From positions 23,049-87,048 of the forward strand of contig JBCCEA010000016.1 of the NCBI GenBank assembly GCA_039030515.1: DNA of 64,000 bases, written 5' to 3'. How positions within the stretch are numbered: the first letter of the stretch is position 1; the number at the start of each line of letters is the position of its first letter. Shown piece by piece: positions 55,136-64,000 of the stretch. Source of the stretch: Myxococcota bacterium. GTDB taxonomy: Bacteria; Myxococcota_A; Polyangia; Polyangiales; Houyiibacteriaceae. A program made the position numbers and the translations under genes. The notes beneath the pieces are model-generated. The model worked only from the letters and a program-made list of their open reading frames with translations. It ran no database searches and had not been told where the DNA came from.

Positions 55136-57232
55136 CTAGATATCCGTCAACGCTACTCCAGCGTTCTGCGCCTCGATTTCAAACGTGCGCACAAGATTCG
55201 AACCGCTCCCGGCATAGGCACGCGCATAGGTGAGCAGATTACGCCAGGCCACGCGACGCTTGGGCTCGATCGAAATCGCCTGTTGCGTTGTATCGATGGC
55301 GCGCAGCAGGTCTCCGCGGCGTGCATATACAACCCCAAGATTGGTCCACCCAGCCGCCCTCGTAGGATCGACTTGCACGGAACGCGATAGAGCCAGCTGT
55401 GCGGCTTCGAGGTCCCGGTGGCGAAGGCGCACCTGGCCCACAGTCTCGTAGCATCGTGACCACCCGGCCTTCGCCATCGGTGGGAGTCCTCCATCGCGAA
55501 TCCGCAGCGCATGGTCCAGAGCTCGAACGGCGCTTCGACCCGATATCTCTGGAAGAACATCGTCTGGACAGGAGGGATCGACACATAAAAACGAGTGAAC
55601 ACCGCTAAGCCGAGCGCGATCCACCATCCTCGCTTGTTTCAAGGCGCCTTCAGTTTGCCAGAGCACGGGTCGCGTCAAGTCTCTCGAGATCCATCTCGCG
55701 GCAAGCGCCACAAGACGCGCGCGCTCCGCTGACTCCTCCGGACGAAGCGCCTCCATGTGCCGGGGCCAGGATAGGCCCGAGACAAGACGACGGATCGAAG
55801 GCTCCCACAGATGCTGCACCGGAATCACCGCGACGTCCGGGCGTACCCCTTCCACGTGCGTGGCAAAAAAAAGCGCACTGCATGCAAGATCAGACTCACA
55901 GAGCACAACGCTGCGCTCCGGGACATCGAGCAAAACGCCGCCCGAGCCGTAGAGTTCTGAATAGGCCTCGCCCTGAAACGCAGGCATCGAGACCAGGCTC
56001 CAAATTACGAAACCGAGCAGAGAAGCGCGCGCAAACCCGGTCGCAGCTGGCGTTCGCTTGAACCGGAAGACGTACAAAGACCGAGCAGCACCAAGTCCTG
56101 CCGCAACGCAGATCATGGCACCGGCAAGATGACCCACCTGCCGATCGACCACCCCCATCGGATTGATCACAAGGGCGTAGGCCACATCGGTCGCAAAGAG
56201 CAGCACACACAGCATGAGCATCACCGAGCCATTGCGCGGCATACGAAACGCCCCAAGCGCTCCGATCAGCACGAAGAAGACGAGCTCTCCCAGCTGCTGA
56301 CAAAGCAGCCAAGCCGCTCCGGTCGAACCGTGTCCGATCTCTTGGGCGTAAGCGTCGCGTATCCGGCCCGCGGTGAGATGGTCCAGCAAACGCCCGAGCG
56401 TCTCCGGGTCTCCCCAATCAAGAGGGGTATCCCGAAGCGAAGCGAGAGGAAGGTAGGCGACCACAAGCATCCCCAAAAACGCAAGGGTGAGCGATGCAGC
56501 AAGCGCGCTCCGCCGAACCGATCGAACCCACAAAAAGATCGCGAACAGCAACGATACCGACGCCGCGGCGCTGATGTGAGAACCAAAAGATAGACCCAGC
56601 AACAGACCGAGCGGCAGCGGTTGTGGTCGCGCAGAGACGAACTGCGACAAAGCGAGCAGGACGAGCAGCAGCGCGGTCGAATAAACCTCTGCTTCTAGAC
56701 CTGTGCCCATAAAGGTGGTCCAGGTCCCAAGCCCCGCGGCGGCGAGATAAGCTCCCGATCTCGCCGCCGCTATCGCATGCGCGTCCAACGAGTGCGCGCA
56801 CGCGCGAAAAACGCACGCACGAAATACAAGGTGCGCCACAACTCCGAGGACCGACGCGGAGACCAGGGCCATCACGAGTCCCTGCCGAAACTGAATCGAT
56901 CCAAAGGGCAGCAGCCCGCTCAGTCGAAGCAGCAACATGTCCAGAGGAAAACCGGTGGGATGCGCGACGCCGAGCCGAAATCCCGCAGCCCCGAGCTCGC
57001 CTGCATCGGTGAGAAGGGGTCCGGCAGGTGTCACGATCGAATAAGCCATTGCGGCGATCGTCGCGACCAGTAGACCCGGCGACCCCCGCAGACCCGGCGA
57101 CCCTCGCAGACCCGGTGACTCAAGCGCTGCACCCTCGCTAGAAGCGCTGCCCTCAGAAGAACGCGGGGCACCTAAGTGTCTCGGGGCACTCGCACACATC
57201 GGATTCGCTTCAAGATATCCGATTCTGCGCAC
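55136..57232 (-). CDS. DUF2723/TMEM260-like polytopic membrane protein (putative glycosyltransferase fold) with C-terminal TPR
   Basis: DAGELGAAGFRLGVAHPTGFPL matches the DUF2723 N-terminal signature. About 10 TM segments. C-terminal TPRs (AGWTNLGVVYARRGDLLRAIDTTQQAISIEP). The start could be 57232 or ATG 57199. Confidence 0.75.
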   Translation of the reverse strand: MRRIGYLEANPMCASAPRHLGAPRSSEGSASSEGAALESPGLRGSPGLRGSPGLLVATIAAMAYSIVTPAGPLLTDAGELGAAGFRLGVAHPTGFPLDMLLLRLSGLLPFGSIQFRQGLVMALVSASVLGVVAHLVFRACVFRACAHSLDAHAIAAARSGAYLAAAGLGTWTTFMGTGLEAEVYSTALLLVLLALSQFVSARPQPLPLGLLLGLSFGSHISAAASVSLLFAIFLWVRSVRRSALAASLTLAFLGMLVVAYLPLASLRDTPLDWGDPETLGRLLDHLTAGRIRDAYAQEIGHGSTGAAWLLCQQLGELVFFVLIGALGAFRMPRNGSVMLMLCVLLFATDVAYALVINPMGVVDRQVGHLAGAMICVAAGLGAARSLYVFRFKRTPAATGFARASLLGFVIWSLVSMPAFQGEAYSELYGSGGVLLDVPERSVVLCESDLACSALFFATHVEGVRPDVAVIPVQHLWEPSIRRLVSGLSWPRHMEALRPEESAERARLVALAARWISRDLTRPVLWQTEGALKQARMVDRARLSGVHSFLCVDPSCPDDVLPEISGRSAVRALDHALRIRDGGLPPMAKAGWSRCYETVGQVRLRHRDLEAAQLALSRSVQVDPTRAAGWTNLGVVYARRGDLLRAIDTTQQAISIEPKRRVAWRNLLTYARAYAGSGSNLVRTFEIEAQNAGVALTDI
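57072..57120. repeat. About 2.7 x 18-nt in-frame tandem repeat
   Basis: AGACCCGGCGACCCCCGC / AGACCCGGCGACCCTCGC / AGACCCGGTGACT. It encodes SPGLRGSPGLRGSPGL in the N-terminal tail of the DUF2723 protein. Confidence 0.9.
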
Positions 57233-57280
57233 CGCCGAGGCGGATTCTACGCATGCTCGAGGCTTGTCTCTTCACGAGCT

Positions 57281-59080
57281 ATGATGAGGCAGGAGTGGAA
57301 CGTGGTTTCTTTGATCAACACCGTGCGCGATCTCGAGCGGCTTCGTCAGATAAGCGTCGTCTTGGCCCGTCACGGTTTCGAAGAGGTGGTGGAGCGTACC
57401 GGCCTCGGTTCACTGCTGTCCGGTTCCAGGGGCGGCTCGCTAGCCGGCGCGGCAGGGTCACGTACAGCGGCCACAAGAGCATCAGGCGCGCCTGAAGCGG
57501 AAGACGCGCACCTCGAACGCGATCGATATCGCGACTCGGGCCATGGCGTGGGGGTTCGCATCCGGCGGGTATTGCAGGACCTCGGCCCCTGTTTCATCAA
57601 GCTCGGGCAGATTCTCTCCACGCGAACCGATCTGATCCCGGGTGAGATCCTAAGAGAGCTCAAAAAGCTTCAGGATGACGTTCCCCCAGACGAATTCGAA
57701 CTCATTCGCTCGCTCATCGAGTCTGAGCTCGGCGCCTCGCTCGAGGAGATCTTTTTGGAGTTCGATCAGACTCCCCTCGCCTCCGCGTCGATCGGACAGG
57801 TCCATCGCGCAAAGCTCGCGCTCGGAGGCGACTCGGAGGACGGAGTCCGCTCCGAACCGGTCGAGGTTGTGGTCAAGGCGCAACGCCGATCGGTCCGCCA
57901 GGTGGTCGACCGAGACCTCGATCTGCTCCATCTGCTCGCCCGCGCGATCGAACGATCGATTCCCGAATCTCGCGTCTACCACCCGGTGCAGCTCGTGGCG
58001 GAGTTCGATCGCGCGATCCGTACCGAGCTCGACTACGCTTCGGAAGCCGATCATGCAGAGCGGTTCCGGCAGCACTTCCGAGGCGCGCCCCACTGCGTCT
58101 TTCCGCGGGTCTATCGAAACGCAAGCTCCCGACGCGTGCTGACGCTGGAGTACCTGCCGGGCCAAAAAATCGACGAAGCCCTCGCGGCGGGCTTTGCGGC
58201 AGAGACGATCGTCCGTCTATCGCTCGATATCGTGATCAAGCAGATCTTCGAAGACGGCTTCTTCCACGCCGATCCCCATCCGGGCAACGTGCTGGTCCTC
58301 GGTACGCCGAGCGCCCCGACGCTGGGGCTCATCGACCTCGGCATGGTCGGTCGACTATCCCCCAAGATGCGGGACCGCACGGTGGACCTGATGGTCGCCG
58401 CGGCAACCGAAGACTATCCCGGCATCGCCAACGCGCTCTATGCCCTCGGCAGCGCAAAACAAAAAATCGATCGGGAAGCCTTTGAAGCCGAAGTCACCAC
58501 GCTTGCGCAAAAATACCTCGGCAAACCGCTCAAGGAGCTCGAGCTTTCGGGCCTCATCAGCGACCTCATCTACGTCGGACGAACCTTCGGTTTGGAGATT
58601 CCACCCGAATTCCTGATGGTCGGCAAAACCCTGATGACCGTCGAGGGCGTCGGAAAACAGCTCTGCCCCGACCTCGACGTGTTTGAGGAGATCAAACCCT
58701 ACTTCATCAAGTTGCTGCAGCAGCGCTACGCTCCAGAGCGCATCACCCAGGAGATGCTTCGGGGCATCGTGCGACTCTCCGGCGTCGCATCGAATGTGCC
58801 GCTTCAAACCCATGAAATCCTTGAAGATCTCCGCAAAGGCAGCTTTCAGCTGCAGATCCGGGACGACACCTTGCTGCGCGCTGCGGAAACGCTCGGCCGG
58901 CGTCTGGGCTCCGCAATGATCACCGCCGCCGCGGTGGCTGGAGGGGTGCTCGCATGGAGCCTAGACCGGCCCGTCGTCGGGACAGTCGCCCTCACTGTGG
59001 CCTTTGGCTGGGCCGTCTTGACCTCGTGGCGCGCAAACGTGCGCAAAACTCAGAGACGCGTCCGGCAACCTCGCCCCTGA
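57281..59080 (+). CDS. ubiB: UbiB/ABC1-family atypical kinase
   Basis: Trimmed to ATG 57281. FIKLGQILSTR.DL, ASASIGQVHRAKL, FHADPHPGNV, IDLGMVG. C-terminal TM segments. Confidence 0.92.
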   Translation: MMRQEWNVVSLINTVRDLERLRQISVVLARHGFEEVVERTGLGSLLSGSRGGSLAGAAGSRTAATRASGAPEAEDAHLERDRYRDSGHGVGVRIRRVLQDLGPCFIKLGQILSTRTDLIPGEILRELKKLQDDVPPDEFELIRSLIESELGASLEEIFLEFDQTPLASASIGQVHRAKLALGGDSEDGVRSEPVEVVVKAQRRSVRQVVDRDLDLLHLLARAIERSIPESRVYHPVQLVAEFDRAIRTELDYASEADHAERFRQHFRGAPHCVFPRVYRNASSRRVLTLEYLPGQKIDEALAAGFAAETIVRLSLDIVIKQIFEDGFFHADPHPGNVLVLGTPSAPTLGLIDLGMVGRLSPKMRDRTVDLMVAAATEDYPGIANALYALGSAKQKIDREAFEAEVTTLAQKYLGKPLKELELSGLISDLIYVGRTFGLEIPPEFLMVGKTLMTVEGVGKQLCPDLDVFEEIKPYFIKLLQQRYAPERITQEMLRGIVRLSGVASNVPLQTHEILEDLRKGSFQLQIRDDTLLRAAETLGRRLGSAMITAAAVAGGVLAWSLDRPVVGTVALTVAFGWAVLTSWRANVRKTQRRVRQPRP

Positions 59081-59152
59081 TCCGCCCGCAGCCCCAAGAG
59101 GCACGCCACGCGTACCCGCGCTACGGCATGGGCATTGCGTATACGGTACGGG

Positions 59153-60376
59153 ATGAGTTTTCCAGACTTACCGGATCCTGCCAAGCTCGCGTTTTTGGAT
59201 TGGCTCAACACTAAGGAAGGAGCGCAGCTTCGGGCAACACACCGGAACGCAATACCTGTCAACGTCGAGCTTCCGCTGTGGCACCGGGGTCCGGCGGGTT
59301 TTAGCGAGTGCACAGGCCCAATCCGCAAGCTTGCCGTTTCTCCAGACATCGACTCGCTCGTCGTCCTGTCTGACAACCAGGCAAAGGTGCTCGACCTCCA
59401 TACCGGACAGGTTCGACATGTGGTGGGCACAAACGACCAGCCCGCCCGTGCGGTGGCGCCCGACGGAAGCGCCATCCTGACCTGCCCCGAGACGGGTGGA
59501 AACGCGCTTCTTTACAGCCCCGAAGGTCAACTCCTTCGGACGCCTCTCGTTTCTTCGATTCCGCATCCTCCTCACGCCTTCGCGCTGTCGGCAATGCAGT
59601 TCAAAAGAAATCGAGAGAGCCTAGGGAATTGGGTGCTCATGGCCTTCTGCGGGCACGAAACATCCTATTTTTGCTCTCCCCATCAACACCTTCGGCCTCT
59701 CCGGTCCGACACCCGGCCGCTCCAAGGCACTGCCCTCAGCGCTGACGAGCCTCTTATAAGCATGATCGCGCCTTCGCCGGAACATGCAGTCGCAGTCATC
59801 ATGTTACGCAGCGGAGAGGCCTGGTTGCTGACGCAATCGCATGGCTCTGGAAGAAACACATCCTTCTGTCTCGAAGACGTGCCGACTGCATCGACGATCT
59901 CTCCATCCGGAGAATTCTTTGCAGTCGGCACGCAGACAGGTCGGCTCACCCTATTCCCCGTCGAAGCCGCCCCTCCGGAAGCATATCAAGAGGGACCTCC
60001 TCAAGCGCTGGCTGATGCTCAGGCCCACGCGGGCGCGATCACGTCGATCGCGATCTCCTCCTGCGACCGGTTTATAGTAACCGGCTCCGAAGACGGCTCC
60101 GAAGACGGCACCGCCCGGCTCTGGTCGCTCGATGTTCGCGAGGAGGCGGCGCGAGAATGGATCCCGTGGAGATGGGTCAGAGGCAGAGCATCCGTGCCCG
60201 TGCTCCGCTACCGTGGGTGCATCCGATTGCCGAGCCCGGTCACGGCGGTTGCGTTTTGTGAACGCGGCGAATTCGTCGCCATCGGCCGATCGGACGGCAA
60301 GCTGAATCTGATTCACCTGGGCAAGGAGTTTCGGTCGACGTCAGGCGGGAATCCGCTTTTTGCGGGTGGGTACTGA
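59153..60376 (+). CDS. WD40/beta-propeller repeat protein
   Basis: Trimmed to ATG 59153. HAGAITSIAISSCDRFIVTGSEDGSEDGTARLWSL and RSDGKLNLIHL are WD-like repeats. The other blades are degenerate. Confidence 0.7.
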   Translation: MSFPDLPDPAKLAFLDWLNTKEGAQLRATHRNAIPVNVELPLWHRGPAGFSECTGPIRKLAVSPDIDSLVVLSDNQAKVLDLHTGQVRHVVGTNDQPARAVAPDGSAILTCPETGGNALLYSPEGQLLRTPLVSSIPHPPHAFALSAMQFKRNRESLGNWVLMAFCGHETSYFCSPHQHLRPLRSDTRPLQGTALSADEPLISMIAPSPEHAVAVIMLRSGEAWLLTQSHGSGRNTSFCLEDVPTASTISPSGEFFAVGTQTGRLTLFPVEAAPPEAYQEGPPQALADAQAHAGAITSIAISSCDRFIVTGSEDGSEDGTARLWSLDVREEAAREWIPWRWVRGRASVPVLRYRGCIRLPSPVTAVAFCERGEFVAIGRSDGKLNLIHLGKEFRSTSGGNPLFAGGY

Positions 60377-60460
60377 GACTTCGGTTTGACACCTAGAGTA
60401 TCCGTGTTCTTTGAAGATCAACGACTCTCAAAAATTGACGGCCGTTATCCTTGCACCCGT

Positions 60461-60862
60461 CTAAAGAGCCATCAGGCGGCGCCCTAACTGGATTCCGGTG
60501 AGGCCGGCGGCAAATCCCAGCGACAACGTCAGCCCCACATACGCGGCAGCGCGAGCGGGACTCGCTTCAAAGAGCCTGAGCGTTTCGAGATTAAAAGAAG
60601 AGTACGTGGTGAACCCTCCCATCACTCCTGTGCCGAGCACCCCGTACCAGGAGATGTTTGCCCACTGCGGATCGGCGGCTCCTGAGCGATCACCCATGAG
60701 CTCCGAAATCACGCCCAAAAGCCCTGCTCCGAGCACGTTGACGAGCAGAGTGCCGAAAGGAAACGTGCTCCCCAAGGCCTCCGCGAACCAGCGCCCGAGT
60801 CCGTAACGGAGCAGCGTGCCGAGCGCTCCTCCGCAGGCGATCCAAAGCAGCTGCACCTTCAA
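60461..60862 (-). CDS. crcB: Fluoride ion channel CrcB/Fluc
   Basis: Trimmed from track ORF 60461-61006 to TTG 60862 (or GVG-adjacent GTG 60856). GGALGTLLRY, FPFGTLLVNVLG, GGFTTYSSF. Confidence 0.88.
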   Translation of the reverse strand: MKVQLLWIACGGALGTLLRYGLGRWFAEALGSTFPFGTLLVNVLGAGLLGVISELMGDRSGAADPQWANISWYGVLGTGVMGGFTTYSSFNLETLRLFEASPARAAAYVGLTLSLGFAAGLTGIQLGRRLMAL

Positions 60863-60971
60863 GGCGTAGCAGCCCTTTTGGGGGTTCGCTTGTCCTAGGG
60901 TGTCTTGAGTCCACTTCACGAAGCGCCTAAGGTGATGCCAGAACGCGGTGGGCGGAAGATCGAGGCGAAAG

Positions 60972-61907
60972 ATGACGGACAGCAAGGTTCTCGAAGAGCG
61001 CAACATTGTCGCAGGGCGGGTAGCGATCGTGACCGGAGCAGGTGGCGGGCTCGGCAGAAGCCATGCGCGACTGCTGGCATCTCAAGGGGCACGCGTCGTC
61101 GTCAACGACCTCGGCGGCTCCCTAGACGGCACCGGCAGCGACACTTCGGCAGCAGACCAGGTCGTGGCAGAGATACGCTCCGCCGGCGGAGAAGCCGTCG
61201 CGTCTCACGACGATATCGCCTCCTGGGAGGGCGGGCAGGCGGTAGTGGAAACCGCGCTGAATCACTTTGGAACCCTCGATATCGTTATCAACAATGCAGG
61301 TATTCTGAGAGACAGCTCGCTGAAAAAGATGACCGAAGCGCAGTGGGAGGCCGTGCTCTCGGTTCACTTGAGCGGAACGATGCACGTGACCAAGGCAGCC
61401 TGGAGCACGCTCTGCGATAAGGGATACGGTCGCATCGTCACGACCACCAGTGCCGCCGGCCTCTACGGCAACTTCGGCCAGTCAAACTACAGCTCCGCCA
61501 AGATGGGCGTCGTCGGGCTGACCAATACCCTGGCTCAGGAGGGCGCCAAGTACCGCGTCCGCGTCAACGCGATAGCGCCCATCGCGAGAAGCCGGATGAC
61601 CGAGACCATTCTACCGCCACCGGTGCTTGCCAAGCTCGAGCCTGAATTTGTCTCGCCGGTCGTGCTGCACCTTTGCTCGGAGGAGCTGCAGGAATCCGGC
61701 AGAATTTACGCGGTGGGTGGCGGCTACGTCGCTCGCGTTGCGATGGTCGAAGGCGTCGGGGTGCAGCTACCTACCGCGGGAGGACTCGACCTAGACGAGA
61801 TCCGCAAGCAGTGGTCTGTGATCAACGAGCTCACAAACGCGCGGCCCTTTGGCAGTGCGATGGAATCGATCGGGGCGGCGATGACCGGGCTGGCCGCCGA
61901 CGAATAA
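60972..61907 (+). CDS. SDR-family oxidoreductase (MFE-2/3-hydroxyacyl-CoA dehydrogenase-like)
   Basis: Trimmed to ATG 60972. VTGAGGGLGRS, NNAGI, and catalytic S...YSSAK. Resembles the N-terminal dehydrogenase of peroxisomal multifunctional enzyme type 2. Confidence 0.9.
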   Translation: MTDSKVLEERNIVAGRVAIVTGAGGGLGRSHARLLASQGARVVVNDLGGSLDGTGSDTSAADQVVAEIRSAGGEAVASHDDIASWEGGQAVVETALNHFGTLDIVINNAGILRDSSLKKMTEAQWEAVLSVHLSGTMHVTKAAWSTLCDKGYGRIVTTTSAAGLYGNFGQSNYSSAKMGVVGLTNTLAQEGAKYRVRVNAIAPIARSRMTETILPPPVLAKLEPEFVSPVVLHLCSEELQESGRIYAVGGGYVARVAMVEGVGVQLPTAGGLDLDEIRKQWSVINELTNARPFGSAMESIGAAMTGLAADE

Positions 61908-62039
61908 GCCCTGGCAAGCGACTTCAGGAGCGCTAAAAAGGCGGGACCAGAAATCGATGCTGGTGCGGCTAGCATCCATCAAAGTAGCGGCCGCCAGAGG
62001 CGACAACAGCGGTCGACAGCGACATCCTAGGGAGTGGGC

Positions 62040-64000
62040 GTGGGATCAGCACGACGCGAGGGAACATCCAACACATCGGTTCCCGGTTCGGCACACAGAG
62101 ATTCGACCAGCCACGATCGGACCACCCATCCCGGGGTGCGCATTCAGGACGGCGAACTCCAACTCGGCAGCCGAAGCGTCCCGCTGCTCTCTGGCGCGGT
62201 CCACTACTTTCGACTGCCCCCGTCCTCTTGGAGGCCGTGCTTACGGAGTCTACGCGAACTGGGACTTCCAATCGTCGAAACCTACGTCCCTTGGGGAGTT
62301 CACGAGCTCGAAGCGAACGCGATCGATTTCTCTCATCCCGAGCGAAACCTCGGGCAGTTCTTGGACGCGGTCGAAGCCGAGGGGCTGCTCGCCTTTTTGC
62401 GGCCAGGTCCCCACGTCAACGCGGAAATGACCTGCTTTGGGCTCCCCGAGCACGTGGTCTTCGACAGCGCATGCCAGGCTCGATCTCCCCGCCAGAATCC
62501 GGTGTATTTGGGGTTCCCCCCGTTGATGTTCCCCGTGCCCTCCTATGCAAGCGAGGTGTTTCATGGCGAGGTCGCGCGGTGGTACGAGGCGGTCGGCGCA
62601 GTGGTCGCACCTAGAATCTGGCCGGATGGACCGGTCGTCATGCTGCAGGTGGACAACGAAGCCGCCTACTACTTCCGCAACGGCCCTTACGATCAGGACT
62701 ACCATGCGGACTCGATCACCCTTTGGCATAAGTTCTTGAAAAAACGCTATGGATCGCTAGCCAAATTGGGTCTTGCACATCGGCGCGTGTACCCGAGCTG
62801 GGCGGAGGTCGATGCGCCGAGCCGCTTTGAGGCGCACCGACCGGAGCAGCTCCCGCAGCATCTCGACTGGGCAGCATTTCAGGAGCACGTACTCTCCGGT
62901 AGCCTGAGGCGAATGCGGGACGAGATGGCCAAGTCAGGCCTGAGCGGAGTGCCGATCGTTCACAACCTACCTCTCGGAGACGGAGGACTTCCGGTCAGCA
63001 TCCCGGCCATGAACCGCGTCGTCGACCTGGTGGGTCTAGACTACTACCACGGGGCGCGTCAGCACCGCGCGATCAAGCGTCGCACGCTCTATCTGGCCGG
63101 TACGGTCGACTTTGCCTACGCGCCCGAGCTCGGTGTTGGAGCGCCTCCCTGGTTTACCCCACTCACCCATCGCGACTCTCTCTTTTGCGCAACCGCCGCC
63201 TGGGCCTACGGCATCCGAGGATTCAACTTGTATATGGCGGTCGATCGAGACCGCTGGTACGGCGCTCCAATAGGTCACGAGGGCACTCCAAGAGAAGAAT
63301 ATAAAGACTGGCAACGCTGCATCACGGTCTTGAAGGAACACAAGTTCCATCAGCTACAGCGGAAGGTGGAAGTGGCTTTGATCTTCCCAAGAGAATATGC
63401 GCGGCTGTCTCGAGCCACCCATCTCTTTGGGCCGATCAGTCCCTCCGCACTCGAAGCCATGGGTGGAACTCCGGTAGACGGATCCCGGGAAGATCCTCTG
63501 GGTTTTGCCGGACCGGTGCAGGTGCTGTGGTGGCGCTTTCTCGCCCGAATGAGCGATGCACTCACCCGCGAGGGCATCCCCTATGTGTACATCGACAGCA
63601 GCGCATCGATCGACCGCTTCGAGGGGATACGGATCGTCGTCGCTCCGACCTACGAGTTTATCGACGACGCCTACTGGGATCTGCTGGTGGCGCTAAGTAA
63701 ACGTGACGTGACGATCCTCCACGGCCCCACCCTACCCTCGCTCGATGCTCAGATGAACGAGAGCCCTCGAAGCGCTCTGCCCACCGGAACACAGGTGGTA
63801 CTCGACCAGGCCGACGACGCCGAGGCACTGATGGCCACCCTCAAAAGCCGTGAGCGACTGCGGTGCCCCTTTCGCTCCTCGAATCCCGCCGTGGAGACGA
63901 GCGTGCACGAAGACGAACATGGACCGCGTTTGCTCTTCTTGGTCCACTCAGGTCTTGTCCCCACTTCGACTTCGATCACTTTAGACGAACCATGCTCGCT
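62040..64000 (+). CDS. Glycoside hydrolase family 35 (beta-galactosidase-like), 3' end beyond right window edge
   Basis: Absent from the ORF track because there is no stop in the window. I hand-translated the whole frame (codon starts divisible by 3). It is open from the TAG at 62028 to position 64000. SGAVHYFRLP, ETYVPWGVHE, FLRPGPHVNAEM, LQVDNE (acid/base) and APELGVGAPPWF (nucleophile region) fit GH35. Start candidates are GTG 62040 (AGGGAG 5 nt upstream) or GTG 62136. Confidence 0.8.
   Translation, partial: MGSARREGTSNTSVPGSAHRDSTSHDRTTHPGVRIQDGELQLGSRSVPLLSGAVHYFRLPPSSWRPCLRSLRELGLPIVETYVPWGVHELEANAIDFSHPERNLGQFLDAVEAEGLLAFLRPGPHVNAEMTCFGLPEHVVFDSACQARSPRQNPVYLGFPPLMFPVPSYASEVFHGEVARWYEAVGAVVAPRIWPDGPVVMLQVDNEAAYYFRNGPYDQDYHADSITLWHKFLKKRYGSLAKLGLAHRRVYPSWAEVDAPSRFEAHRPEQLPQHLDWAAFQEHVLSGSLRRMRDEMAKSGLSGVPIVHNLPLGDGGLPVSIPAMNRVVDLVGLDYYHGARQHRAIKRRTLYLAGTVDFAYAPELGVGAPPWFTPLTHRDSLFCATAAWAYGIRGFNLYMAVDRDRWYGAPIGHEGTPREEYKDWQRCITVLKEHKFHQLQRKVEVALIFPREYARLSRATHLFGPISPSALEAMGGTPVDGSREDPLGFAGPVQVLWWRFLARMSDALTREGIPYVYIDSSASIDRFEGIRIVVAPTYEFIDDAYWDLLVALSKRDVTILHGPTLPSLDAQMNESPRSALPTGTQVVLDQADDAEALMATLKSRERLRCPFRSSNPAVETSVHEDEHGPRLLFLVHSGLVPTSTSITLDEPCS

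Noticed and set aside
60863-60971. Expected fluoride riboswitch upstream of crcB
   Set aside because: I read the minus-strand leader. It lacks the conserved GGnGAUGG...UUCnCC...AACCGCC...CUAAUGA-type core. The GGTGATGCC on the plus strand belongs to the divergent SDR leader and does not fit either. A covariance-model scan (RF01734) would be decisive.

Overview
GC-rich, gene-dense 64-kb chromosomal segment with about 52 protein-coding genes. I found no rRNA, tRNA, CRISPR array, transposase, integrase or recognisable defence genes. The gene content points, by inference only, to a Myxococcota-type deltaproteobacterium: an FHA-GAF-sigma54 activator, a tail-anchored Hanks kinase, a bactofilin pair, exported HEAT-repeat proteins, a TSP3-repeat OmpA, a MYXO-CTERM-like tail and an RGG-tailed RRM protein. 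Most of the window is core housekeeping: nuoABCD-G-HI, glnB-glnA, tyrS, pyrE, proC, yggS, maf, truD, psd, ubiB, crcB, pepP, plant-type glutamate-cysteine ligase, a trans-sulfuration enzyme, recD2 and a TolQ/TolR/TonB-like/OmpA cluster. Two edge-truncated genes are missing from the ORF track and were recovered by hand translation: an FNR-like reductase at 1-606 (minus strand) and a GH35 beta-galactosidase at about 62040-64000 (plus strand). Several track ORFs are over-extended at the 5' end and were trimmed to starts that give stop/start coupling or a Shine-Dalgarno sequence. I see no clear-cut novel multi-gene system. The best candidates are: (1) a MinD/ParA - J-like - RodZ-type HTH fusion protein directly upstream of maf-yggS; (2) a complex I cluster with nuoD fused stop-to-start to a short nuoG, with no nuoEF and no nuoJ-N; (3) psd translationally coupled to a methyltransferase with a long disordered N-terminus; (4) an IHF-beta-like protein with a poly-Asp tail encoded by a (GAC)10 microsatellite; (5) an AGCS transporter carrying a signal peptide and a Cys-rich (C-x9-C) insertion; (6) a kinase / Roadblock-like / parvulin-like operon. 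All domain calls are by-eye motif recognition without database searches.
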